From Octopus sinensis (taxonomy: Eukaryota), in assembly GCF_006345805.1 (NCBI RefSeq), contig NC_043017.1, positions 29,078,001-29,142,000 of the forward strand: a stretch of DNA of 64,000 nt, read 5' to 3'. Shown here in pieces: positions 37,694-51,397 of this stretch (position 1 is its first letter; each line of letters starts with the position of its first letter). Both the position numbers and the translations under genes were made by a program. The notes below the pieces were generated by a model. That model saw nothing but the letters and a program-made list of their open reading frames with translations, searched no databases and was not told the DNA's origin.

Positions 37694-37860
37694 CACATAT
37701 GAGAGAGAATCCACTAAATTGGACGCCCTTACGCTAACCACTTATTATTTTTCATTTGTCCTGCTCGCTTACGTTCATAGTATGTTAAGTTTTTTCTTGA
37801 GAACAATTTTTAGTGGTTAGCGTAAGGGCGTCCACTTTAGTGGATTCTCTCTCATATGTG
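37694..37860. repeat. Inverted repeat, ~49-bp arms, ~69-nt spacer
   Basis: CACATATGAGAGAGAATCCACTAAA...AACCACT / AGTGGTT...TGGATTCTCTCTCATATGTG. Confidence 0.9.
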
Positions 37861-39820
37861 CATGCATATTTTATATATTTACAGAAGAGATTTACATGGA
37901 ATGCGAAATATAGAGAAAACTAAGGAGAGAGGGCATAGTATTTAGGGTCCGACAGCTGTTTCTAAAGATGGGAATATTATAATTGATGTTATGTTGGCAA
38001 CTCAAGAATATGCAACTAGTATTGGCTGCATTTAAACATTACCGCAAATACGCCGTCCGTGTTCAGGGTGGAGCGATTGACATATCTCTTACCCAGAAAC
38101 CGGAAGCCGGATTTACGGTAATATTTATTAGATTACATTCGTATATTCCGATAGGATTGCATGTTTATGTATTATCCTATCAGGTATGTGCGTATGCTAT
38201 TTAGTAAACACAAAGCTGAGATGGCATCATGAATTGACAAGGTCTTTGGGCGAATAATTGAGCAGCGTATGAATTTAACTTCAAAAATATATACAGTAGA
38301 TTCTATTCAATATATAGTAAGGTTTGGGTGAGTATGAAATGATCAAAGGATCAAATGTGACAAATATATTGGGGTGTACATAAACAATTAAAATATTTGA
38401 GGGAATACTCAAAATCCAGAGAAGAAAAGAAACTCAGAAACGAGGATAATTATTCAAAAGGAACGATAAATAAGTGAAAATAATCGATATAAACCACGTC
38501 CAAATCTTAAATTAATTATAAAATATAACGTAATATAATGATTTGAATAGAACTATGTTTGAAGTTAAATTTTAGCTGGAAAATTTATTGCACATTAACA
38601 AGATAAAAAGGAAATTAAGTAACAAAGTACCCGGTGTAAATAAATATTATGCAAGCAAACTGCTGATTCCTGTAAGTTGTGAAAAATAGAGAGCAGGAAT
38701 TCGATATTATAGATGTGTAATAATTACATATGATAATGACTAAATATCGAATAATTAAAACATAATAGGCAAAAGCCATGTGTACAATTCATCAATTACG
38801 TGTTCTTTGAAAGTAGCAAAATATACAAAAAATATATTTAAAAAAAGGTTCAATTCTTGCGAAGAGAAAGTGGTTTGTAAATATATTTGCTAAATAATAA
38901 GATTTCAATATGGAAAAAAAAAAAAGAAGTAAGCAACTGTGTAGTGTACGGCACAGTTAGGATTTCTGCATATGCACATTGGTAAAGACAATTATTTGTA
39001 CGTATATGCAACTGCGTAAATCAGAGCGTTTTCAAAATATATATTAAGCAATGCAGGCAAGCTGAAAATTACGCGAAATTTACGATGATCGAAGGAAAAA
39101 AAAATATCTCTTAATGTGTTACGAGATGCGAGGAACTTGTTCATAAATATTTGTACGCTTTCCTGCTTTCAAGGTCTATTATTTCCAGAATATAAATGAG
39201 TCGTAGATTAATTCCGCAATTCATTAGTTATAATCGCCGATTCCTAGATGTCTGTGAAGCGGAGTGTAGCTATGCGAATGAATCCGTGTTTTGTAGTCTT
39301 ATTTTTGATGTTGATGTTGTATCATAATTTACATGACCGCTAGGTGAGTAATTATCGTTCATTAGTAAACATTTTTTTTTATTCACGTTTTCAGTTTTGG
39401 GGATCACATACACATAGAAAATAATTGGTAAATGTATTGGACTTAGATTTAATTTAGGGAGCAAATGATTTTTAGAAGCAGCACAGTCAAATATTTTCAT
39501 AACATTTCTCCTGAAGAGTTGGTAATACTTTGCGGCAGAGTGAAATGAGCGTTTAACAGTTTCACGATGTTCATTAGCCATGCCTGAGGGAATACCCGCG
39601 AAAAGCGAGGCAATAAATCTGTTGTTAATTCTGTGGATAATCACACAGCCATTTTTTTCTTCGTTGAATGACGTAAATTTAACGGGAAGAAACTCTTTTT
39701 GAAGCATAGTTTACAATGTAAACGAATCTATAAACAAATAAGAACGGGAACATTTCGAAAGAGGTGGATTTGAAACAAGGGGATTTGTTTCAGGCTTGTC
39801 CTACGTCAGTGGTCATAGGC

Positions 39821-39930
39821 TGTGAAGGCACATGGCCTAGTGGTGGGTAGAGCAGCGGACTCGCGGTCGAAAGATCGCAGGTTCAAATCTTACACCGGGT
39901 GATGTGTGTGTTTATGAGCGAAACACCTAA
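39821..39930 (+). mobile_element. SINE family E head, duplicated with its upstream flank
   Basis: 39784-39930 aligns to 40928-41075. Confidence 0.8.
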
Positions 39931-40140
39931 GTTAGACTGTTGGAGAAGGAATAAAACGAAATGAAAATTAGAACGCATAAAAGGGTTCTTACATCTTGGC
40001 AATAAATTTTATATACAAAACGAGAGAAAATAAAACGTAAAAAGAACGCTAATATGCCATTCGTCGAGGGCGATGAGAGAAGGAATGCCCGCAGAAAATA
40101 CGTTTAACTAAGCTATGGCTGATATTCTTGGTGTAGTAAG

Positions 40141-40360
40141 GGCACTGAGCTAGCAGAATCGTTACCGCACCAGATAAAATACAGAACCGCCTTTCTTACA
40201 ATTTTACGTTCTTAGTTCGTATGCTGCTTTGGTTTACTTTGCTTTTCATCGCCTCACGAATGATAAATTAAGTACCAGTTGTGCTTCCCCTCAGGGTTAT
40301 TGTTAATGAATTAGACCTTCCCACGAAATTGCTGGCCTAGTGTGAAAATTCGAAACAAAT
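40141..40360 (+). mobile_element. Old, decayed family C-like SINE
   Basis: GAGCTAGCAGAATCGTTA...CTTTGCTTTTCATC...GATAAATTAAGTACCAGTT. Confidence 0.6.
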
Positions 40361-40965
40361 ATTCTTTGGTTCATTATATTTTGTGCATGTAATGTAGGGA
40401 TTCATTATAATTGAGGTGTGAACAGCACAGATATTCAGAGGAAATTAACATATTAGGCGCTATGTTAAATGAAAATTCATAATTCTAAGAGAAATGTGAA
40501 GTGATTTCCTGAATCATTAAGTTTCGTATGCCTTAAAATTATTTAGATCTAAAATATCATCGCTTGAGTGCAGCTTTCCTTCAGTAAATGGATTTTTTAT
40601 TTGAATTGCACAACATACGCAGGTCAACAAATCTCTAATTCCTGCTATTTGGGGAATGTATGCTCCCTTCAAAGGAAATATTTCCTTTAAAATATTTCAA
40701 AACGACTCGAATTATTTAAAATCTAATTCAGCGTTTTTTTTTTTTTTTTTATAGATAAAAAGCAAACCTGGCAAAGAAAATTAATGAGCGGCGTTTTAAT
40801 TATTAATGCGCAATCGGATTTTTTCTCCCGCAAAATAATTTTTGGCTAGAATTTACAAGTAAAAAATTTTCAGCCAAAAAATATGTCTTTATTCCCCAAA
40901 TCAAGGGGTTTTGAGATCACGATCAGTTTTGTTACAGGCTTTTCCTACGTCAGTGGTCATAGGCT

Positions 40966-41264
40966 GTGGAGGCACATGGCCTAGTGGTGGTTAGAGCAGC
41001 TGACTCGCGGTCGAGAGATCGCGAGTTCAAATCTCAGACCGGGCGATGTGTGTGTTTATGAGCGAAACAACTAAGATCCGCGCGGCTCCGGCAGAAGGTA
41101 AGTTGCGAATCTCTGCTGACGCTTTCACCACAACATTCTCTCACTCTTTCCTTGCAGCTCACTTGCAACGGACCGGCGTCTCGTCCAGGTGGGGAACCTA
41201 TACGCCAAGGAAACCTGAAAACCGGCCCTTCTTTGCCAGGCGTGGCTCGAGAAGGAACAAACAA
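40966..41264 (+). mobile_element. SINE family E
   Basis: TSD TGGTCATAGG (40954-40963, 41266-41275). Confidence 0.88.
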
Positions 41265-41919
41265 ATGGTCATAGGTTAAATGGCGGTAAGGTAGCTATGA
41301 CTCACGATATTACTTTCGTTTCAGTTGGTCCGCTCAATTTTCTATATGTTTTAATATTAGCAGAATAAAAGAATATACAATAACATGATGGTGACTAGCT
41401 ATTAGAGTATTTCTTAGTTTGTATATGACTTACTATATTTAATTTAAATAAAATACCGTGTTTTTGCTTAAATTCGCCTAGAACTTAATTTTATGCATTT
41501 CTCTAAAATTTCATTTTCAGTTTTTCACATAATTAGTTTTTCTCAAAATTACTTTTACGCTTTTGAAACGTGATCTCTGAACATTTTTTAAATGTTAAAA
41601 GCTTTTATTGATCGATAACAGGCGTATTTCTAGTTTTGCTTCGTTAGTTTTATCTATCTAACGATACGAACGCCTTGGCGTGTCTACGTACCGACTTATA
41701 ATTACTAACGGTTACTTGTATTTTTCTAAAGGCGTATGTAGGTATAATTCTTTGGCCTTGTGCGTAGGTGAACGCATGTATACTTTATACATTTGCATAT
41801 CTGTGTGTCGTGGCGCTTATTTTTGTCTCTCTAAGTTCTGTGTTTATGTTTTGAAGTTGACGCGTACGAATTAGTGTACGAATACATATATATGAATGCA
41901 CGAAGACATACATTCGTAG

Positions 41920-41973
<54 letters not shown>

Positions 41974-42053
41974 GCAACAAGGATATCCGAGGTAGAGTAG
42001 TACAATTGTAAGTACCATATTCATTTGAATCTAAATTTTGCTGAACTTATATA

Positions 42054-42086
<33 letters not shown>

Positions 42087-42822
42087 TATGTATGTATTAT
42101 GTATGTGTATATATATGAGATGTATCATTATGTGTATGTGCGTACGGAAGCATGTATGCATGTGAAGATTATGCCGCTCTTGTATCTTTTATACCCATGT
42201 AATATCCAGCATGAATTCTCGTACACACAGTGTAATAAAGTAACTCAGACAGTTGGAATCAGCATCATAAATTCCAAAATATTCATAGTCACGCTGATGC
42301 TGAATAATTAATTTGTGATCAATGTGGATTACCTTGTAAGTCCCTTGCAAGTTTTATGAGCCATGCGAGACCTCATCAAAAAATAAAGAAGCGAAACGTG
42401 AAGAGTTTCTTAGAATGCAACGCGTTTAAGAACTGGTCTTATTCAGCCACTTCCGCCGTTTGGGAATTAAGAGAGTTACAGAAAATATTCTGAAGCTTAA
42501 ATCAAGCAAAGATATAGGCACAATAATCGATAGGATCGGAGAAAGAGACCTGCTTAAATCTGACCATTTTGGGCGCTTGCAATTCCAAACGGTTACATCA
42601 GAGCAGCTCACACAGCATATTAAGGATGTATAAGTATGAGGGAATGAGGAGGGCACAAAGGGGAAAATTCGAAATAAAATAAAAACAAAATAGGTGGAGA
42701 TTTCACAAGGTATAACGACGAAAGAGCTGGATGGTGTTGTTCGGCTGTTGGAGAAATAATAAAACGAAACGAAAATCAGAACGCATAAAAGGATTCTTAT
42801 GTCTTGGCAATAAATTTGATAT

Positions 42823-43218
42823 GGATGGAATGGAAGCACTCCGTCGTTTACGACGACGAGGGTTCCGGTTGATCCGAATCAACGGAACAGCCTGCTCGTG
42901 AAATTAACGTGTAAGTGGCTGAGCACTCCACAGACACGTGTACCCTTAACGTAGTTCTCGGAGATATTCAGCGTGACACAGAGAGTGACAAGGCCGGCCC
43001 TTTGAAATACATGTAGAACAGAAACAGGAAGTAAGAGTGAGAGAAAGTTGTGGTGAAAGAGTACAGCAGGGATCACCACCAGCCCCTGCCGGAGCCTCGT
43101 GGAGCTTTTTTAGGTGTTTTCGCTCAATAAACACTCACAACGCCCGGTCTGGGAATCGAAACCGCGATCCTATGACCACGAGTCCGCTGCCCTAACCACT
43201 GGGCCATTACGCCTCCAC
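42823..43218 (-). mobile_element. SINE family B
   Basis: TSD AAATTTGATAT; paralogous empty site near 40005-40015. Confidence 0.92.
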
Positions 43219-43385
43219 AAATTTGATATTCAAAACAAAAGAAAACGAAACGTAAGAGGAATGCTAATATGTCATTCGTACAAGACGATGAGAGAAGTAA
43301 TGCCCGCAGAAAAACAGAGTAGCTTAGAGCCTTAAAGATGTGAGATAAAAGGGGAGCAAAAGGGAAGCTAGAACTCTCTCTCTCT

Positions 43386-43596
43386 CTCTTTTTACTCTTT
43401 TTACTTGTTTCAGTCATTTGACTGCGGCCATGCTGGAGCACCGCCTTTAGTCGAGCAAATAGACCCCGGGACCTATTCTTTGTGAGCCCAGTACTTATTC
43501 TATCGGTCTCTTTTGCCGAACCGCTAAGTGACGGGGACGTAAACACACCAGCATCGGCTGTCAAGCAATGTTAGGGGGACAAACACAGACACACAA

Positions 43597-43627
<31 letters not shown>

Positions 43628-43770
43628 CATATATATGACAGGCTTCTTTCAGCATTGGTCGGCCCGGGGCTATAGCAGAAGACACTTGCCCAAGATGCCG
43701 CGCAGTGGGACTGAACCCGGAACCATGTGGTTGGTTAGCAAGCTACTTACCACACAGCCACTCCTGCGCC
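43386..43770 (-). mobile_element. SINE family A
   Basis: Matches family A. Confidence 0.9.
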
Positions 43771-44273
43771 TTTAGAACAGTAGACATATTTGCAATAATA
43801 TTTTGGAATCACCCTGTGGGAAGAGGAGATCCAACAGACAGCAACAGTTGATAGATATTTTGACAGAATTCGAAATAAGGCTGGCGGCAGGATAGGTAAA
43901 ACGTCACATACTCACACAGAAGCAGAAGGCGACAGTAAATGGCTTCAATAGAGAATATATGAGTGACATACAGGTAAATGGAGAGATTAGGAGTATAGTG
44001 AGGGATTCGTGATCACTTAGGCAATGCAGCGATTAATCCTTAATATACAGTTTAAACTTGCTGCGTTGCGTTACGAAAATATCGGGAAAAATATATCTCA
44101 AGCCCATATACTCAAATCTTCTTCAGTTGTATCTTGGGAAATCATTAGGTTTTCGAATTTAAGTTTATATTTGTCACTCAAATGGTACTCATATTATTAA
44201 AGAATTCTAAAAGAAGAGGAGTACGCGCACAAGGTAAACGTAAATGTACAAAAGGAAATGAGCAAAAATTATG

Positions 44274-45663
44274 CAGTGATTCCTCGTTTATCGCGGTAGA
44301 CTGGTTCCGAGACCGGCCACGATAACTGAATTTCCGCGAAGTAGAAATATTTACAGTATTTATTTAACATGTATTTGGACTTTTAAAACACTCCCTACAG
44401 TAGTCTATTAATAACAAGGGCAACTGTTTAGCAATAACACTTTAGATTTTAAAAATATAAAGATTGTTACTGTACTCAACACGAAAGAAGTTGAAGTAAA
44501 ATTTGATGATGATGATGGTGATGAATTTGCTGCGCAGTAGAAATGATGATGATGAAACTGACGGCGGTTGCCAGTCACAGCCCGTCGTACGTTCAAATAC
44601 CATTGTATATGCTTTTTTTTTGCTATTTTACGCTTGTTTTGTTGTTCGTAGACTAGGAAATAATATTTATTGTTAATATTTTTATGGATTTAATGAAAAA
44701 TTTTAGGTGTTCATATATGTACATTTTAAAAATCCGCGATAGTTGAATCGCGAAGTAGCGAGGGATCACGGTATATGCTTTTTGCCATTTTACGCTTGTT
44801 TTGTTGTTCCTAGACTAGGAAATAATATTTATTATTCATATTTTAATGGATTTAATGAAAACTTTTAGGTTTTCATATATATATACATTTTTAAAATCCG
44901 CGAAGTCGTGAATCCGCGATAGTTGAACCGCGAAGTAGCGAGGGATCACGGTATACGCTTTTTGCCATTTTACGCTTGTTTTGTTGTTCCTAGACAAGGA
45001 AATAATATTTATTATTCATATTTTAATGGATTTAATGAAAACTTTTAGGTTTTCATATATATATACATTTTTAAAATCCGCGAAGTCGTGAATCCGCGAT
45101 AGTTGAACCGCGAAGTAGCGAGGGATCACGGTATATGCTTTTTTTGCTATTTTACGCTTGTTTTGTTGTTCCCAGACTAGGAAATAATATTTATTATTAA
45201 TAGTTTTTATGGATTTAATGAAAAATTTCAGGAGTTCATATAAATACATTTTAAATATCCGCGAAGTCGTGAATCCGTGATAGTTGAACCGCGAAGTAGC
45301 GAGGGATGACGGTATATGATTTTTTGCTATTTTATGCTTGTTTTGTTGTTCCTAGACTAGGAAGGAAATAATATATATTATTAATATTTTAATGATTTAA
45401 TGAAAAATTTCAGGTGTTCATATATATATACATTTTTAAAATCTGCGAAGTCGTGAATCCGTGATAGTTGAACCGCGAAGTAGCGAGGGATCATGGTATA
45501 TGCCTTTTTTGCTATTTTTCGCTTGTTTTGTTGTTCCTGGACTAGGAATTAATATTTTAATGAATTTAATGAAATATTTCAGGTGTTCATATAAATACAT
45601 TTTTAAAATCCGCGAAGTCGTCAATCCGCGATAGTTGATCCGTGAAGTAGCGAGGGATCAGGG
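44274..45663 (+). mobile_element. Tigger/pogo-like MITE with its right end tandemly amplified 6x
   Basis: Left TIR CAGTGATTCCTCG; right TIR CGAGGGATCACGG|TA ending at 44771, 44951, 45131, 45312, 45496, 45663 (~180-bp period). Confidence 0.8.
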
Positions 45664-46356
45664 TACAATTAATTTCGACTGAAATTATTATTCAACAAGT
45701 TGTGAGAAATGAAAAGACATTATGTGTCCCATTGAATACCTCCGCACAGTAATACATTATACGATTTCTTCCTATTCTTTCCAAACCCAATACTTAATAG
45801 ATTTTATCCTTAACCATTTTCTCTGTTCCCTCTATTGTATTTTAACTTAAAGCATTAGCATTCAAGTTTCTTAATGTATTTTCTCTGCTTCGCATCTATA
45901 ATGCATTTGGCAATCATGGAATCATCTCTCGTTATTTATTATTAAATATTAAACTTTTTGACATTTCCTAAATGCGGACTTCAACGGTAATTTCCACAAA
46001 TGAAATCAGTGTCACATTTTTGGTTTTATGATGCCACACTTTCAATTTTTCAATTTTCCGTTATTTTTGCTTCGCTTGCCTTCTGTCATCATCAACTATT
46101 TATCAACATACAATTGCTTCCGTAAATAATTCTCAAGAGAGATAAAAAAATTTTCTCTAAGTACATTTTGAAACCTGTAACCCACTGTTTAAATAAATTA
46201 ATATATGTAATTCTACTTTGTGAAAAGAGGAATATTTTCTTACCATTGTGAACGTTCTTGTTTTTACAAACAACTACATCCGTTCAGTATCATAGGATAT
46301 AAACGCACATATATACATAGGCATGTGAGTATGTGTGTATTTGTACATATATTTTA

Positions 46357-46930
<574 letters not shown>

Positions 46931-46936
46931 CCTTTC

Positions 46937-47021
<85 letters not shown>

Positions 47022-47024
47022 ACA

Positions 47025-47753
47025 TATACTCGTGCACTCATAGACGCACACCTATTCAAATGATACAGTCAATAATATTTTTGCGAATAATCATTCATTG
47101 AACGAAGTTTGAATAACAGGTTTTACAATTCAAAATAACAAACGTACAATGGCCTACCATACAATACACCGCTTCAACAATGCTTACATTAACATTAGAA
47201 AAACACAAATAAACATAAAACATAATGGTATATACCTCCAATAGATATGTAATATATATGTACTTGAAATACATAATAATAGGACATTATAAAGTAATAA
47301 TGGCCTTACAGCAATAGTTTACCACAATTATCCCGCAATAAATACTATAAACTACATTAAACTTTAAATTGAACCTCAATCGAATGTCAATAAAGATATA
47401 TTACTTGAATGAATAAGCGATGGCTTTATGTTTCTGATATACTCTTCGGTCTATTCTTACCTCTGTGTTATGCTGTCGTTTTCTCTCTCTCTCTCAGTTT
47501 CATTTTTTTTTTGTTCTGCATAGGTAAGCATACGTACACAAATATTTACTTAAGAACATGCATATATATATATACATATATACATATATATATATGTATG
47601 TATGTATATATGTATATATGTATATATATGTATGTATGTAGATATATACATATATGTATGTATATATATATGTATATATATATATGTATATATGTATATA
47701 TGTATATATATATATACAAACATACATATATATGTATTTATATATATGTATAT

Positions 47754-47826
<73 letters not shown>

Positions 47827-48555
47827 ACATATACTCGTGCACTCATAGACGCACACCTATTCAAATGATACAGTCAATAATATTTTTGCGAATAATCATT
47901 CATTGAACGAAGTTTGAATAACAGGTTTTACAATTCAAAATAACAAACGTACAATGGCCTACCATACAATACACCGCTTCAACAATGCTTACATTAACAT
48001 TAGAAAAACACAAATAAACATAAAACATAATGGTATATACCTCCAATAGATATGTAATATATATGTACTTGAAATACATAATAATAGGACATTATAAAGT
48101 AATAATGGCCTTACAGCAATAGTTTACCACAATTATCCCGCAATAAATACTATAAACTACATTAAACTTTAAATTGAACCTCAATCGAATGTCAATAAAG
48201 ATATATTACTTGAATGAATAAGCGATGGCTTTATGTTTCTGATATACTCTTCGGTCTATTCTTACCTCTGTGTTATGCTGTCGTTTTCTCTCTCTCTCTC
48301 AGTTTCATTTTTTTTTTGTTCTGCATAGGTAAGCATACGTACACAAATATTTACTTAAGAACATGCATATATATATATACATATATACATATATATATAT
48401 GTATGTATGTATATATGTATATGTATATATATGTATGTATGTAGATATATACATATATGTATGTATATATATATATGTATATATATATGTATATATGTAT
48501 ATATGTATGTATATATATATATACAAACATACATATATATGTATTTATATATATG

Positions 48556-48600
<45 letters not shown>

Positions 48601-48622
48601 GTATGTATATATGTATATATAC

Positions 48623-48650
<28 letters not shown>
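47025..48650. repeat. ~805-bp tandem duplication bounded by TA tracts
   Basis: 47041 TAGACGCACA recurs at 47846; the unique parts look identical. Confidence 0.92.
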
Positions 48651-48654
<4 letters not shown>

Positions 48655-49740
48655 CTGTGAGTGTGTTAGTGTGTGTATATCTATAATGTCTATAAGGAGA
48701 GGTGTATGTGAATAGATAGACAGATAGATAGATATAGTGAGTAGCTCTTTATCGGGGTGTATGTATGTGTGTGGGGGTGAATGTCTGATGATCGGTTATG
48801 CAAATTATTGATTAATAGTGTTTTCATGTTCGATAATGCTCTATATCTTACTCTATCATCCATATTCGAATATCATTTTCCCCCCAATCTTTTTTTACAG
48901 CAATATACACATAGGTGTATATTTTCAAAAGTTTGTCTTTTTACATATTGCAGTTATGCTGTGGTCATACAGGACCCACAGCGTTAAAAGGTATACTCCA
49001 ACAAATCGACATTCTTACTGACTATTTTTCTATTCTCACTGTTGCCAAACCGCTAAATTACAGGAATATAAAGTGACCAACACCCGTTAACAAGCGAAGA
49101 ACTGGAAAGGCAGTGACTCAAAAACTTACGTACATACATACATACATACATACATACATACATACATACATACATACATACTACATACATACATACGTAT
49201 ATACATACATAGATACAAAACTGCCACAATTAATTGAAATCTGAATAAACATTTTAAAACCAGGTTATTGATAGCTGAATAAAAATTTAAAAACCATGCT
49301 TCAACTCTAATGCCAGTAGAGGGGGTTATATGACCAGAATTCCATTGGATTTGAAAAGCAACACTATCAGCTACAAATGAATACCAAACGTAGGACGTAT
49401 GCTTGAATCAGCTCATTTTGAGCTGAAATTGCATCGATTAGGATGTATAATTGCATACAGTGCAATGTACAGACAGTTTAGTCGAAACATAATGTAGGTC
49501 ATTGTTATATATGCTGTAGAAAGCATTTTAATAAAAATGTTTTGGATGTGAATAAATCTCCACTCTCCACATTGTGATCAATTATATACTTCGCGGAATA
49601 TTTGTACATTATTTACATTATTTTTATTTCACGGATATTTGCCCTCATCTCGTTTGTTGTTAACACAACTTTTTCGGCTGATATAACCTCCAACATTTAT
49701 CAGGTGCCTGGGGAAATTTCGAAACTGGGTTCTCACTTCA

Positions 49741-50590
49741 ACATAGAAAGTATTTTGCGTAGGACATGAGCAGTTCCCATGAGCACTATCTTTTGAATTT
49801 CTCCATTTTGGGGTTACCTGTTATCTGAATTAGGTAGCAATCAGCCCCTTTTGCAATCATTCCCAGGGCACCTATGACAACAGATATTGTTATAGTCTTC
49901 ATGCTCTATATTTTGCTGATTTCTATTTCAAGATCTTTATATTTGCTCAGTTTTTGGTAGGTCTTGACAGATACGTTTATGTCAATTGGGACAGTCATAT
50001 CAATGAGGAGACATGTTTTTTGTCTGAAGTCTTCCAATATGATGTCTGGCCTATTCGCATCTATCTTTCTGTCGGTTTGAATGGTGAAGTTCCAGAGGAG
50101 TGAGGTGTGATCATTTTCAAGCACTGGAGGTGATTTGTGTTCCCATCAGTTTTAATGATGGGGCAAGTCCAGGCTTTTGTAAATTACCCAGTGAATATAT
50201 TGTGCAGCTCTATCATGCCTGTTGAGATACTCTGTAGGCGCAAGAAGACTGCACTTGGAGACTACATGATTAATGGTTTCATTTTGTTGTTGACATACAC
50301 GACATGTTGTGCTATTGCCGTTCTTTAATGTGTTGGTCTGGCAGTACTTTGTAGATAGGCATTGATCTTGAGCTTCGATGATAAATCCTTCTGTTTCAGA
50401 TTTTAAGCCAGAGGCCATTAGGCATTAATGGGTCAGGGCTTTGTCAACATCGGCATTATTCGCTCTCTTTGAGTATTTGCCATTGAGAGGTTTTTCTTGC
50501 CTTTTATCAATCAGAATATTTAAGGAGCAGTTTTAGCACGGGTTTTCATGCGCTTAGCTTTTTCTGTGCTTGTTTCTGTTATGTCTGATG
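49741..50590 (-). mobile_element. R4/Dong-like (RLE) non-LTR retrotransposon, 3' coding fragment, pseudogenised
   Basis: QEKPLNGKY..GLKSETEGFIIEAQDQ..CRVC..ETINHVVSKC (CCHC)..RHD..LLWNFTIQTDRKIDANRPDI..LIDMTVP..KLSKYKDL..VVIGALG..IQKIVLMGTAHVLRKIL; frameshifts. Confidence 0.88.
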
Positions 50591-50725
50591 GTTCCATGAT
50601 TTCCTAATGCATTATAGATGCGAAGCAGAGAAACACATTAAGAAAATTGAATGCTAATGCTTTAAGTTAAAATACAATAGAAGGAACAGAGGTACTGGTT
50701 AAGCTAAAATTTATTAAGTATTGTG
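50588..50725. repeat. ~137-bp inverted copy of 45788-45925
   Basis: GATGGTTCCATGATT..AAGTATTG vs CAATACTT..AATCATGGAATCATC. Confidence 0.8.
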
Positions 50726-50960
50726 TTTGATTTGGTAACTAACAAACAGACTAACAATAAAGAAGTGAAACTGAATAAGTGCATGTGTTTATCATAATTG
50801 GCATAACAACCCTCCCAAATTGTAATAAGATTTGTTTGAACGCGAATTCCCATCGAGTATTTTGCAAACCAAATACAAAAACTAAGTACTTTTTTACTGT
50901 TGATAAGAAAGTTATACTCAGTTTTATTTTATGTTCGGTATAACCTTCGTAAAATTAAAT

Positions 50961-51183
50961 ACTCTTTACTCTTTTACTCTTTTACTTGTTTCAGTCATCT
51001 GACCGCAGCCGTGTTGGAGCACCGCCTTTAATCAAGCAACTCGACCCCAGGACTTATTCTTTTGTAAGCCCAGTACTTATTCTATCGGTCTCTTTTGCCG
51101 AACCGCTAAGTAACGGGGACATAAACACACCAGCATCGGTCGTCAAGCAATGCTAGGGGGACACAGACACACAAACACACACA

Positions 51184-51234
<51 letters not shown>

Positions 51235-51397
51235 GACGGGCTTCTTTCAGTTTCTGTCTACCAAATCCAGTCACAAGGGTTTGGTCGGCCCGAGGCTATA
51301 GTAGAAGACACTTGCCCAAGGTGCCACGAATTGGGACTGAACCCGGAACAATGTGGTTGGTAAACAAGCTACTTACCACACAGCCACTCCTACGCCT
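50961..51397 (-). mobile_element. SINE family A flanked by a ~100-bp direct duplication
   Basis: Flanks 50858-50961 and 51397-51493 align. Confidence 0.9.

Noticed and set aside
39270-39707. 145-aa ATG ORF
   Set aside because: No recognisable motif and no splice or codon evidence; probably chance
48785-48840. CTGATGA at 48785 (also 57591 and in the Helitron near 10412)
   Set aside because: No complete hammerhead topology
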